Positions 37,976-50,586 of a DNA stretch of 64,000 nt are shown here, piece by piece. The DNA comes from Squalus acanthias. Taxonomy: Eukaryota. The notes beneath the pieces were generated by a model. It did no database searches and was not told the DNA's origin. It worked only from the letters and a program-made list of their open reading frames with translations. The translations under genes were made by a program, and so were the position numbers. The stretch covers positions 123,692,001 through 123,756,000 of the forward strand of contig CM059431.1 in NCBI GenBank assembly GCA_030390025.1. The letters are read 5' to 3'. Numbering within the stretch: position 1 is the first letter of the stretch; the number at the start of each line of letters is the position of its first letter.

Positions 37976-39667
37976 AGCCCATCCACCACCACCCTCCTCC
38001 GCCTGGCTGAACTTGTTCTCACATTGAACAACTTCTCCTTTGACTCCACTCATTTCCTCCAAATCAAAGGTGTTGCTATGAGTACCCGCATGGGTCCTAG
38101 TTATGCCTGGCCTTTTCGTGGGATATGTGGAACACTCTTTGTTCCAGTCCTACTCGGGTCCCCTCCCTCACCTCTTTTTCCAGTACATTGATGACTGTAT
38201 CGGTGCCGTCTCCTGCTCTCGCCCTGAACTAGAAAATTTCATTCACTTTGCTTCCAATTTCCACCCTTCCCTCACCTTCACATGGTCCATCTCTGACTCT
38301 TCCCTTCCCTTCCTCGACTTCTCCGACTCCATCTCTGGGGATAGGTTATTGACAAACATTCACTACAAGCCCACTGACTCCCACAGCTACCTGGACTACA
38401 CTTCCTCCCACCCCGCCTCCTGTAAGGACTCTATTCCATTCTCCCAGTTTCTCCGTCTCCGGCTGCTCTGATGATGCCACCTTCCATACCAGTGCTTCCA
38501 ACATGTCTTCCTTTTTCCTCAACCGAGGATTCCCCTCTACAGGTGGTTGACACGGCCCTCGACCGTGTCCGTTCCATCTCCCGCGCTTCTGCCCTCACCC
38601 CTTCCCCTCCCTCCCGGAACCACGATAGGGTTCCCCTTGTCCTCACCTTTCACCCCACCAGCCTCCACATTCAACGTATCATCCTCCGCCATTTCCGCCA
38701 CCTCCAACGTGATCCCACCACCAAATGCATCTTCCCCTCACCTCCCCTTTCAGCATTCCGTAGGGACCGCTCCCTCTGCGACACCCTAGCCCACTCCTCT
38801 ATCACCCTCAACACCCCTTCCCCTTCGCCCGGCACCTTCCCGTGCAAGCGCAGGAGATGCAACACATGCTCTTATACCTCCCCGCTTCCCACTGTCCAGG
38901 GCCCCAAACACCCCTTCCAGGTGAAAAAGCGATTTACTTGTACTTCTTGCAATTTAGTATACTGTATTCGCTGCTCACGATGTGGTCTCCTCTACATTGG
39001 GGAGACCAAACGCAGATTGGGTGACCACTTTGCAGAACACCTCCGTTCAATCCGTAAGGGGGACCCTGAGCTCCCGGTGGCCTGTCACTTTAATTCACCG
39101 CTTCACTCCCATTCTGACCTCACCGTCCTCGGCCTCTTGCATTGTTCCACGGAAGCTCAGCGTAAGCTCGAGGAACAGCACCTCATCTTTCGATTAGGCA
39201 CTCTACAGCCCTCTGGACTCAACATCGAGTTCAACAATTTCAGATCATAACCTCGACCCCTATCACATATATATATATTTTTTTATCCACACTTTTTGTT
39301 TGGCCTTTTTTCTTCCCTCCCACATGGCAGCTGTCCTTCATTCTGCCAGCACATTTCACACTTCATCTAGAGCCATCCTTTGTTCCTTAACCTGTCATAT
39401 TACCATCTCCTCTTGCCTTGAATATCTCTTAATGTCTCTCAATGTCTCTCAATCTCTCCTGCTTTCTATCCTATCACTGTCCTTCCCTTTTGTTCTTTCA
39501 TCCCCTCCCCCATTTCCCCACCCCTAAACCTGCTTTAAAATCTATTCCATTTCCTGCTTTTTTCCAGTTCTGACGAAAGGTCTTCGACCTGAAACGGTAA
39601 CTCTGTTTCTCTCTCCACAGATGCTGCCTGGCCTGCTGAGTTTTTCCAGCGTTTTCTGTTGTTATTT
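37976..39667 (+). mobile_element. Penelope-like element copy 1 (RT + GIY-YIG), 5'-truncated and frameshifted
   Basis: QIKGVAMSTRMGP, FQYIDD, CKRRRCNTC, LVYCIRCSRCGLLYIGET, EEQHLIFRLGTLQPSGLN; stop at 39250; terminal repeat with mutated hammerhead core 39566-39602. Confidence 0.95.
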
Positions 39668-39669
39668 GC

Positions 39670-42600
39670 AGGAAGACTTCCCTACTTTTATAATCGATCC
39701 CCCTTGAAATAAAGGCCAACATTCCATTTGCCTTCCTAATTACTTGCTGCACCTGCATGTTAACTTTTTGTGTTTCATGTACGAGGACACCCAAAACCTT
39801 CTGTACCGCTGCATTCTGTAGTCTTTCTCCACTTCAATATTTTTCTTTTCTATTCTTCCTACCAAAGTGGATAACTTCACATTTTCACACATTATACTCC
39901 ATCTGCCAAATTCTTGCCCACTCACTTAACCTATCTATATCTCTTTGCAGACTCTTTGGGGGCAAAATTGGGTCGCGCCCCCTTTGTGGCACTAACTTCG
40001 CTACTTTAGCGCCCCGAAAAAGTTAGCGCCCCCGCGCCCGAGATTCACTGGTAGCGCCCCAAGAGGGAGGCAGGGCGCTACTGGAAGTGCCTCACCTCCA
40101 TCTTGGGGCACTGTGAGTGAATATCGCGCACTGCGACACGTCGCACCGCGGTACTGCAGGCCTTCCTCACCTTATAAAGGGGAGGGGCCGAGCACAGCAT
40201 GACCCGGGGCCCAGCTGGGCCACCAGGGATCGGAGGGCCGGCAAAAGAGCTCAGCACTCAAGAGGAGTGCCGGGCTCACGGAGCACAGCTAGCACCCTGC
40301 AAGGGGGGGGGTGGGGGCGCTTCACAGGAGGCCGGGGACAGCAACGGGGGCAGGCACTGGCAGGCGACCAGCAACAAAAATGGCCACCCGGCACCTCCCC
40401 TTTAATTTGCACAGCCCCGGCCGCACGTACGCCCCCCTGACCGTGTCAGACATGGCGTCTGGCGGTAGGCCAAGGGGCGCTACCGAAGATCGTGGCCGCG
40501 TGAGCGAGGCACTGCACACGGTGATGACGTTATCGCCGGAGGCGCAGCGCTGTGGGGCTCTAACGGTTACCACCGCCGCTAACCTCCCGCTGAATTTCGC
40601 GGGAGGCATTAGCAGCACCGCCCCCGGGCGCTAGTTGCTTTGCGTCCCATTAGCGCCCTCTTAGGGCGCTAACAGGAGGTGCAAACATCCAAATTTGTCC
40701 CCCTTTATGTCCTCCTCACAACTTGCTTTCCCACCTATCTTTGTATCATCCACAAATTTGGCTACAATACACTCGCGTCCTTCATCCAAGTCATTAATAT
40801 AGATTGAAAATGGTTGAGGCCACAGCACTGATCCCTGTGGCACCCCACTAGTTGCAGACTGCCATCCTGAAAATGACCCATTTATCTCGACTCTCTGTTT
40901 TCTATTAGTTAACCAATCCTCTATCCAATCTAATATATTACCCCCAACACCACGAGCTCTTATCTTATGCAATAACCTTTTATGTGGCACCTTGTCGAAT
41001 GCCTTTTGTAAATCCAAATACACTACATCTACTGGTTCCCCTTTATCCACCCTGCTCAATACCTCATCAAAGAACTCTAATAGATTTGTCAAACACGATT
41101 TCCCTTTCATAAAACCATGTTGACTCTGTTTGATTGTATTATGATTTTCTAAATGCCCTGCTACTACTTCCTTAATAATGGATTCGCACATTTTGCCAAT
41201 GACAGATGTTAGGCTAACTGGCCTATAATTTCCTGCTTTCTGTCTCCCTCCTTTTTTGAATAAGGGCGTTACATTTGCGGTTTTCCAATCCGCTGGAACT
41301 TTTCCAGAGTCAAGGGAATTTTGGAAGATTACAACCAATGCCTCCACTATCCATTATCACTGCAGCCACTTCTTTTAAGACCCTAGGATGCAGGCCATCA
41401 GGTCCAGGGGACTTGTCAGCCTTTAGACCCATAATTTTACCTAGCACTTTTTCTCTAGTGATAGTGATTGTATTAAGTTCCTCCCTCCCTTTTGCCCCTT
41501 GATTTTCTACTACTTTTGGGATGTTTTTAGTGTCCTCTACTATGAAGACAGATACAAAATATTTGTTCAATGCCTTAGCCTTTTCCTTGTTCCCCATTAT
41601 TATTTCCCCAGTCTCGTCCTCTAAGGGACCAACATTTACTTTAGCTACTCTCTTCCTTTTTATATAATTGTAGAAGCTCTTACTGGCAGTTTTTATATTT
41701 CTTGCTAGTTTACTCTCATAAGCTATTTTCTCCCTCTTTATTATTTTTTTAGTCATCCTTTGCTGGTTTCTAAAAATTTCCCAATCTTCTGGCCTACCAC
41801 TAATCTTTGCAACATTGGATGCCTTTTCTTTCAATTTGATACCATCCTTAACTTCCTTGGTTAACCATGGTTGGTTCATCCTTCTCTTCGAGTCTTTCTT
41901 TCTCACTGAAATATATCTTTGTTGAGAGTCATGAAATATCTCTTTAAATGTCTGCCACTGATTTTCTACTACCTTACCTTCTAATCTATTTTCCCAGTCC
42001 ACTTTAGACAACTCTCTCCTCATACCTTTGTAATTGCCTTTATTTAAGTTTAATACTCCAGTTTCAGACCCAAGTTTCTCACCTTCAAACTGAATTTGAA
42101 ATTCCAACATGTTATGATCACTCTTCCCCAGAGGATCCTTTACTATGAGATCATTAATTAATCCTGTTTCATTACACATCACCAGATCTAAAATAGCCTG
42201 TTCCCTGGTTGGTTCCACAATGTATTGTTCCAAGAAACTGTCCTGAATACACTCTATGAACTCATCCTCAAGGCTGCTATTGCCAATTTGATTTGTCCAA
42301 TCTATATGAAGATTAAAATTGCCCACGATTATTGCACTCCTTTCTTACAAGTCCCCATTATTTCTTGATTTATACTCTGTCCTATAGTGTAGCTACTGTT
42401 AGGGGGCCTATAGACTACTCCCACCAGTGCCTTCTTTCCCTTACAATTTCTTACCTCCAGCCCAAATTGATTCTACATCTGGAACGTCCGAGCCAAGATC
42501 ATTTCTCACTATTGTACTGATCTCATCCTTTATTAACAGAGCTACGCCACCTCCTTTTCCTTTCTGTCTATCCTTCCGAAATGTCAAATAACCCTGAATA

Positions 42601-42830
42601 TTCAGTTCCCAGCCTTGGTCACATTACAACCACGTCTCTGTGATGGCTATTAGATCATAGCTATTTATTTCAATTTGTGTTGTCAATTCATCTATCTTGT
42701 TATGAATGCTGCATGCATTCAGATAAAGAGCCTTTAATTTTGCTTTTTTATCATTTTTCCCTACTCTGACCTTATTTGCTGGTGCACTCTTATGTTTGTA
42801 TGCTCTGTCCCTTCCTGCGGCACTCTGGTT
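39670..42830 (-). pseudogene. CR1 ORF2 (AP endonuclease + reverse transcriptase), disrupted
   Basis: LYLNACSIHNK, DLIAITETWL, GNFNL, LGKSDHN, NYRPVSLTS, GVPQGSVL, AKFVDDTK. Confidence 0.9.
39958..40703 (+). mobile_element. MITE family M2 copy inserted in the CR1 RT
   Basis: TIR GGGGGCAAAATT / AATTTGTCCCCC; TSD TTT; CR1 sequence rejoins across it. Confidence 0.92.
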
Positions 42831-42922
42831 TTCATTGCCCATATCGCTACCCTGCACTATTGCCTTGTCCTTTCTCTTTAACTTTCTAAGTTTCCCCTCA
42901 CTTGAACCCTCCCCCCTACTAT

Positions 42923-43878
42923 TTAGTTTGAAGCCCTATCTACAGCCCTAGTTATTCGATACGCCAGGACACTGGTCCCAGCACAGTTCATGTGAAGGCC
43001 GTCCCAACAGAACAGCTCCCTCTTTCCCCAGTACTGGTGCCAGTGCCCCATGAATCGAAACCCATTTCTCCCACACCAATCCTTGAGCCACGCATTCAAC
43101 TCTCTGATCTTATTGACCCTATGCCAATTTGCTCGTGGCTCAGGTAGTAATCCAGAGATTATTACCATTGTGGTTCTGCTTTTTAATTTAGACCCTAGTT
43201 GCTCATACTCCCTCAGCAGAACCTCTTTCTTAGTCTTACCTATGTCATTGGTTCCTACGTGGACCACGACAACTGGATCCTTCCCCTCCCACTCCAAGTT
43301 CCCCTCCAGCCCCGAGGAGATGTCCTTAACCGGCACCGGGCAGGCAACACAGCCTTCGGGACTCACACTCTCGGCTGAAGAGAACAGTATCTATCCCCCC
43401 TAACTCTACTGTCTCCTACCACTACGACATTCATTTTTACACCCCCCACTTGAATGGCCCCCTGTACCATGGTGCCGTGGTCAGTTTGCTCATCCTCCCT
43501 GTAGTCCCTGTTCTCATCCACACAGGCTGCAAGAACCTCGTAACTGTTGGACAAGTGCAAGGGTTTAGACTCCTCCAATGCTACCTCCTGGATCCCCATA
43601 CCTGCCTCACTGACAGTCATACCCCCCTGTCCCTGACCACGGACCAAATTTGAAGTTTTTAACCTAAGGGGTGTGACTGCTTCCTGGAACAAAGTGTCCA
43701 GGTAACTTTCTCCCTCCCTGATGTATCGCAGTGTCTGCAGCTCGGACTCCAGCTCATCAATTCTGAGCCGAAGTTCCTCGAGCTGCCGACACTTACTGCA
43801 GATGTGGTCACGCTGGATTACACTGGTGTCCACCAACTCTCACATGCTACAGCTGCAATACATCACCTGCCCGGCCAT
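42923..43878 (-). pseudogene. CR1 ORF1 (zinc finger, coiled coil, SGNH/GDSL esterase), disrupted
   Basis: MAGQVMYCSCSM*...HICSKC, heptad LEELRLRIDELESELQTL, VVVGDS, VHVGTND, DGLHMN. Confidence 0.9.
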
Positions 43879-44159
43879 CTCTATTGTATTTTGTTTAATA
43901 AATTATGTCAATATCAATCAATTGTCTATTTATAGTTTTTAATCTCGGTAAACTAGGTAATAAGCTTGTTTAATTTATTAAATTTATTAAAATAAGTTTA
44001 GTTAGTTATAAGTGTAGTTATATGCTATAGGTCTTTACTGTAACTTAGCCCTCAGTCCTAAGAGAAAGAAATACTCACCACCAATCACCTACCTGCTTAC
44101 CTGTGACATCACACTTTGATTTTTTTTGTTACTGAATTGGAGCCTCGCTGCTCCTCCCC

Positions 44160-44303
44160 CGCTGGCTCTGCTCTCAGCCCTCCTCTCGCTGCGCTCCTTA
44201 TTCTGTTCCCGCTGCCACTCCGGTTCCGCCCAGCTCCGCTGGCTCTGCTCTCAGGCCTCCTCTCGCCATGCTCTTTATTCTGCTCCCGCTGCCACTCGGT
44301 TCC
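44160..44303 (-). repeat. Two tandem ~77-bp GC-rich monomers at the CR1 5' end
   Basis: CGCTGGCTCTGCTCTCAG...CCCGCTGCCACTC...GGTTCC starting at about 44160 and 44237. Confidence 0.8.
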
Positions 44304-44439
44304 TCCCAGGTCCACTGGCTCGATAGTGTGTGGTGTGAGTGAGAGCAGAGAGAGAGAAGTGGGTGGTGAAAGCATCTGCAGCTTGTCATGCAGAGTATGT
44401 GGGGTGAGATAGAAGTTAGAAGTGAAAAAGAGGATTAGG

Positions 44440-44960
44440 TACGAGGAAACACTGTGTCCCTGCCCATGATGGTCAGCACACTTTCTTCAAGTGGGGGAGA
44501 GGGTATGCAGGTGGGCTTGTCCTTGTCTGGTGGCAGCCTGCTGCCTGGAGTTGTGTGCAAAATTTGGCTGCAACAAAGAAGGAAATGTGTTAGTGAGAGT
44601 TTTGTGAGGTATTTAGAGAATGTGCCTATCATGCCGATGTGAGGTGTGAGTAAGTGAGTGGTGAGATTTTGAGTGTGTGAAGAATAGGATGTGTAGTGAA
44701 GAGTAGGATGTGTAGTGAAGTGTAGTCCAGTAATTGTAGGAGAGTGAATGGAAACGGGGAGGGAGGAGGGTTGGGGTGGAGGTTTGTGAATGCTGTGACT
44801 AGTGAGCTGTAGTTGGTGGAGATGAGAGAAGAGAGTAAGAGAGCAATATTCTTACCTTGACTACTCTACTGAGGTCATTGAATTTTGTCCGCCATTGCAG
44901 CTTTGTTCTTGGAGCTAAACTTCAAATAGAGCCATCAGCAGCCCCTCTCCATGCAACCAC
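44440..44960 (-). pseudogene. Harbinger Myb-like gene remnant (two exons)
   Basis: LQWRTKFNDLSRVVK followed by donor GTAAG near 44855; acceptor TTCCTTCTTTGTTGCAG near 44570, resembling the one near 17812. Confidence 0.6.
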
Positions 44961-46129
44961 GAGATGATCTGTCCTGAATTGGTATAATCTAGCAAGGTTA
45001 GGAACGGAGATCAGTGGTGCCTGTTTTGCCATCCTCATGCTGGTGCAGTGAGACTGAGGATTTTCAGAACCATAGGCAAGGGCCTCTTGCACTCAATTTA
45101 TTCCCTCCCACATTACCCCTCATGTCCTGAGATAACTGGGGCCAAGCTCTTTATGTGGAACAAGGAAACAAGTACTGGGGATATATTCTGAGCTGAGAAG
45201 TTAGAATTCAAGGAAAAACTTCTTTATATTAATGTTGGTGAACTTTTGGAAATAAAGTTTCCAGTGACTGTAGTGAATACAGACAATTGAAACATCCAGT
45301 GGGTATATTCCTCATTCCACAAAGATAGAGGATATGGTCCTGAAATGAGGGAGATAAAAAGTGATTTATTCAGGGCCAGAAAACAGACTGAAACAACAAG
45401 TTGCACTGGCTGAGTGGTCATTTCTCATTCCTGCTTTCCTATGTTCTTATCTAAATGGTCCATTGGTGTTGAATAGTATGTGTAAACAGGCTGTACCATA
45501 GTGTAAGGTTATACACGATGTATGAGGAAGTATGAGTAAAAATTGTTGTAGACACCATATTTACTTGGTTTCTCTCTGTTGTAAATATTTTGATGGTTTC
45601 CTTAAGATAAGTATAAAGTCAAGTCCCTGAATTTTCCTTAGGGAAAATCGCCCAAAAACAGACAGTTAAGAGGTAATCTGGCAAGTAAACTGTGGCAGAG
45701 AGCAGATCTGCCAAACCTCCTCCCTTAAAAATGGCCGCCATGATTTCCCTCCATGACCCTGCTGTGATCCTGAGCTGCCTGTCAAAAGCCCACCCTGCCA
45801 CATGCAGATGAAGGCCCCAGTGCTGCCCAGATTGTCCTTTCTTTCTTCCCGCTTACCTTCCCTGCAAATCACCACTATTCTAAAGGTGGTAATGCCCACA
45901 GAAAGGAAGAGGTCAGGAAGGTGATCAGTCACACTGGAGTGCAATTTTCCAACACAACCTTGGCTGGGAATCATTTCCATTACTTAGAAGCTGCAGCATT
46001 TCAGCATTTAAAAGTACATTGTGAAATAATTTAAAGGCAGTTGCGCATAGTGAAATAATGGATTTCCTTTTCGAGATTCCATTACTCCTGCACTTTGAGG
46101 AGGATGATGAGGACATGGAGGAGGAAAGG

Positions 46130-46950
46130 TTGGAAGCCTGGGGGGTCTTTGCATCATACATGAACTGATCTTTAAATATCCACAGCTTTTTGGTCTACAG
46201 ACCATGGAGGTTCTATCTGGATTTTTCCAACTGACAGTGTCTGAGAGGGCTGTGGTTTTTCTGGAGACCATGACTGAGCTATGTCAGTTGATTTGCAGCC
46301 TCTTTCCACCAGGGTCGGAGCCTTGTCTGTGGCTGTGAAGGTGACAACATCAGCACATCTTTATGTGTCAGGTTTCTTCCAGACAGTCTTAGTGGCATTA
46401 GTTACATCAGGCACTCAGTGGTTCATTGCTGCATTCAACAGGCCATGGATGCCCTGTTCAGGCACATTTTTGAGTTTATTCAGTTACATATGGACCCAGA
46501 AATGAGAAAGAGAGAGAGGGTCATCAACTTATTCTGAGCAGTTGTATTCCCCAAAGTACAAGGTTCCATGGTACCACCTATTTGACTATAAAGGCCTCAT
46601 CTAAAATCCCTGTCAACTTCATCAACAAGAAGGGATTAATTCTCTGAATATCCAGTTAGGAAGTGATGCAAGCCATCTCATTCTGCATGTCAATGCATGC
46701 TACCCAGAAAGTAGTGATGATTCAGTTATTCTCAGGCAATCCAGGAGACCTGCACTGCTCAGTCACAGCAATACAGCAGAATGGCTCATAGGAAACCAAG
46801 GATGCTGGCTTCGACTTTGGCTGATGGCACCTTCTTTGGCATCTGAGGACAGAGGCCGAAAACAGGTTCAATGAAACATTGCGCACTACCAGGATCATTG
46901 TAGAACAGACATCAGGGTTTTCAAGTAGTTGTGACTGAACAGTTAGACAT
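46130..46950 (+). pseudogene. Harbinger (HARBI1-like) DDE transposase, heavily decayed
   Basis: ALSVAVKVT, FPKVQGS, FINKKG, SLNIQL, ILHVNACYPESSDDSVILRQS, WLIGNQG..LRLWLMAP, AENRFN, TRIIVEQT, with frameshifts. Confidence 0.8.
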
Positions 46951-47118
46951 GGCCTTTCAAGTCATCAGAATGTCCATAGACAGCAAAAACTCCAGTTCTG
47001 TGAGTGCTCCCTCCTATGATCAACCTGAACCTGACTGCTCTCTTCCAGCTTCTCCAGTTCCCACAGCTTCCCCGCTGTATCTACTTAGACATTTCAGAGC
47101 TTCTTCCTCATGCCTGCT

Positions 47119-49258
47119 TGTAAAGTTTCGCAATTATCGCGATTCAAAATAACGAGAGAGAAGCAGATTCGTTTGATCAGTTTATTTAAACGAAATGCTG
47201 TCATGATTAAAAAGGACACAGAAGCCTGTAAAATGGCTGCCGCGCATCGTGGCAGAAGCTTCCAGAATTACAGTGGGCAGACAAGATGGCGTTCGAATAA
47301 ACATTTCAATATAAGACTGGATCATACTCGATAAACACTGATAAAGACAGGATGCAACCTGTTTGCATTCGAAACAATAGCAAAAGATATGAGTGCTGGA
47401 ATCGTTTTCCATGCACAAGTAAGGACCATTGTACTGGGCAATCGAAGGCCCATCCAGACACAGCAATACACATATACCCCCACGGCTCTACAATGAGAGA
47501 GCCATTCTCGGGTGATTAAACAAGTATTCAGGGGCCCCCAAAACCAGTCAGGGAGACGATTCATACGATCCTGGCTGGGTCAACAATGGGGAAAACATTA
47601 ACGGGTAGTTGGCCAGTTTCAGGTGCTACCGAAACCCGTTAAAGACAAGAATCGCCCCATGCTGGGAGTTTTGAGTGCCAATATTTCACAAAGGACAAAC
47701 ATTAAGATTTGGGCGGGAGATAAGGGAACACAGCACTATAACTATAGTGAACAAATGTCCATCGCTCTCTTATTTCTCTTGTCCTTATCCTCGGGTATCG
47801 CTCTGCTGGACGAGCAGCCTTTTGTGTTTCTCTGGACTTTGCTGACTTTTTGACTTTTAGCCGTACTGGTCGGTTATTCGAATGTTGGGTGGAGCTCAAA
47901 CGGAACGAGCCGCCTCGACAAGGGCAAGTGACCGGGTGCACCATCCCGAGGGTCGGTAAATGGTGTCTGGACCCGAAGGCCCAACAAGACAAGACGAGAC
48001 GAGAAGAAAAGAAGAAGAATCCACGTGCCGCCGCGGTCAGTAAACGCCGTCCACGCCCGAAATTATAGGACTCATTTTTGAATTCTACAGGTTATTGCAT
48101 GAACCAGTTTTGGGTCCATCGAACTCCTCATAACAACAACAAAGACTCTTCTTTGAATTCTACCGACAACTGGTGTCGGTACAGGAAGACTTTTCTTTGA
48201 GTTCTACAGCCGGGCCCGAGTTCTGTCGAGTTCTTCATGACAACGGGGAGCCCGGCCTGCTTGTCGCAGCAGCGAAGATAAACAAGTGGGGTACAGAGAC
48301 CCCTCCAAACACGTGACAGTCAGGCGTTGCAGCGAACGAGCCGAGTGCCTCACTTTAAAATTTTCCGAAGTATCACGAGTGGTGAGCATGTTTCCCGATC
48401 CTACAAATCTAGATGTAGTGTAGGTATTGATAAGGAAGGGTGGTTTTATTAAGGATAAAGTATAATGTGTTTCCCTTTTTACGATGTGCCGTGCGTTCTT
48501 CATTACCATAGACCAAGCTTTATGAATGTATGTATACTTGTACTCTCGTTAATTTGTGCCTATGACATGTACTTCATGATTTTGGACGCTATAGAAACAT
48601 AGAAACATAGAATCTAGGAGCAGGAGTAGGCCATTCGGCCCGTCGAGCCTGCTCCGCCATTCAATACGATCATGGCTGATCATCCAAATCCAGTACCCTG
48701 TCCCTGCTTTAATCCCCACAGTACACATATCCCACCCTACCCCCGTAACCCCACGTATTTAATTCCCCCTAACATATCCCATCCTATCCCCATAACCCCA
48801 CATATTTAATCCCCCCTAACACTAAGGGTCAATTTATCATAGCCAAATCAACCTAACCCACACATTTTTGGACTGTGGGAGGAAACCGGAGCACCCGGAG
48901 GAAACCCACGCAGACACGGGGAGAATGTGCAAACTCCACACAGACAGTCACCCTAGGTCAGATTCGAACCCGGGTCTCTGGCGCTGTGAGGCACCAGTGC
49001 TAACCACTATGCCACCGTGTTGCCCAATGCAATAAAGATTTCCATTTCGTACTATTCAACCGGGTCTATTTGAGTTTTTCTCTGCATTACTGCTCTCGCA
49101 CCTAAGTCCAGTGTTAGAACCGTAAGGGTCGAACCACTCACAGGTGCTTATTGCAACAAGGCTGGCCGGAGACCAGAGCAAGCAATAGTATTAGGCAACG
49201 AAGGCCTAACCTCGCACCAGCAGTGTCTGCGATACAAGCACGACAAAAAACCCTTACA
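47119..49258 (+). mobile_element. Solo LTR, family B copy 1 (~1.7 kb plus a SINE insertion)
   Basis: TGTAAAG...CCCTTACA; 4-bp TSD TGCT (47115-47118, 49259-49262); TATAA at 47737; AATAAA at 49031; reverse-complement homolog of 62153-63716. Confidence 0.9.
48591..49025 (-). mobile_element. HE1-like V-SINE (tRNA head, V-domain, CR1-derived tail)
   Basis: Head GGGCAACACGGTGGCATAGTGG...GGTTCGAAT; V-domain GGGTTTCCTCCGGGTGCTCCGGTTTCCTCCCACA; tail matches CR1 26857-26970; absent from the other B LTR. Confidence 0.92.
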
Positions 49259-49381
49259 TGCTTATGGGCCCTGATGCTTGCCATTCCTTCACCCATGGCA
49301 GTCTTTTGCCTCTGGTCGTGCACATGCCTCTCCTTTGCAAAGATCACAATGATTTAGACATGTTACACACATATTTACAAT

Positions 49382-50142
49382 GGGCCATAATTTGCTATCA
49401 AAATAATGGTGAGGCTAATGGCACTCACTGTTATTCATGCGCAAATGCGGCAGCAACTTCAGGCGAGGGCAGATGCGAGGATAAATGAGGAAATCTAAAA
49501 GTTGCTGTCCGAGATGTATCGCTCTGCCATTAGCTTCACAAAAATGACATCTGCCTCACCAATGAAATACGTTGAACAGCATGAAGTTCCTGTATTTGCG
49601 CGATAGATATGAACTAAACTCACCACAGAACGTTAAGTCTTGTCCATTTCAGTCTAAGTACCCTTTAACGATGTGATAAGTATTAATAACTACCAGTCAA
49701 CCTCTTTGGCACTAAAAATTAACTATTACAAGTGTGGAGTCTCATTCCTTCAGCTTTTAGTTTTTGTTGGAGATTTTAAAAATGCCAAAAAAAATGTTAC
49801 TTTTCCTTTCTGTCTCTTTTTGCTCTCTCTCTTAATCTAGTTTTTCTTTCCTTCTCTTTATTTCTCTTTCTGCACCTGATTTGACATTGAATTCACCCAC
49901 TCTAACTCACATTTCCTTCTCAGTCCTTGCGCTATTAATTTCGCAATCCATCAATCTGATTGTTTAAGAAGAAACACAGTTGCTTGCCCTGTTCACTTAA
50001 ATCCCAAATGTCCTGTTTCCCTCACTGCGATGTCATCAGCTCGCACTTTCAGCAACTTGTCACAAATAAACTTTTATAACCTAAACGTGTAAGCACAAGT
50101 CTAACTAACGGCAGATGCTCTGCTATAACAAATCATGGCCCA
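49382..50142. mobile_element. Non-autonomous Harbinger-type element (761 bp)
   Basis: TIR GGGCCATAATTTG / CAAATCATGGCCC; TSD AAT; relative of 7236-8381. Confidence 0.8.
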
Positions 50143-50586
50143 ATGTCTTTTCATTCAGTTTTCTGCAGACATTCTCTTGTAAACATGCTATCAGGTGAAG
50201 GCAATACAGCAGACTCTTCCCTCCTTACTGAAGCATTGCACCAACTGCCATATGGAAGAGTGGAATGGTAGGAGAGGAGGTATGTGAAGGGGGTGTGGTG
50301 AGGGTCCCTTGTGTGTACTAGTGGTCTCATTCATTTCTTCTTTTACACTGTGTGGTCCTGGATTGTGTGGATGTGAGTCATGCTTCCAGCATTATTCCTA
50401 TATCTGCAGGGGCACTCATGCCTTTACTAGTACCTTATCAACTTGGCAAGGTCATTAAAATATTTCTGGCATTAAATAACCATTCATGGGGTGATAAAGT
50501 TGGCACTGACTCCCTTTGCAACTTCCTCCAGACTGCCTGTATAGTCTTGTCCTAGGACAACATTCCCTGAGTGCCAAGGAGACTTT

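Larger units (their letters stand above)
39670..44310 (-). mobile_element. Near full-length CR1 LINE (5' UTR, ORF1, ORF2), 3' end missing
   Basis: ORF1 and ORF2 motifs in the expected order; interrupted by the MITE at 39958-40703. Confidence 0.95.

Noticed and set aside
48950..49025. tRNA gene
   Set aside because: It is the tRNA-derived head of a SINE, continuous with the V-domain; same for 54215-54287.
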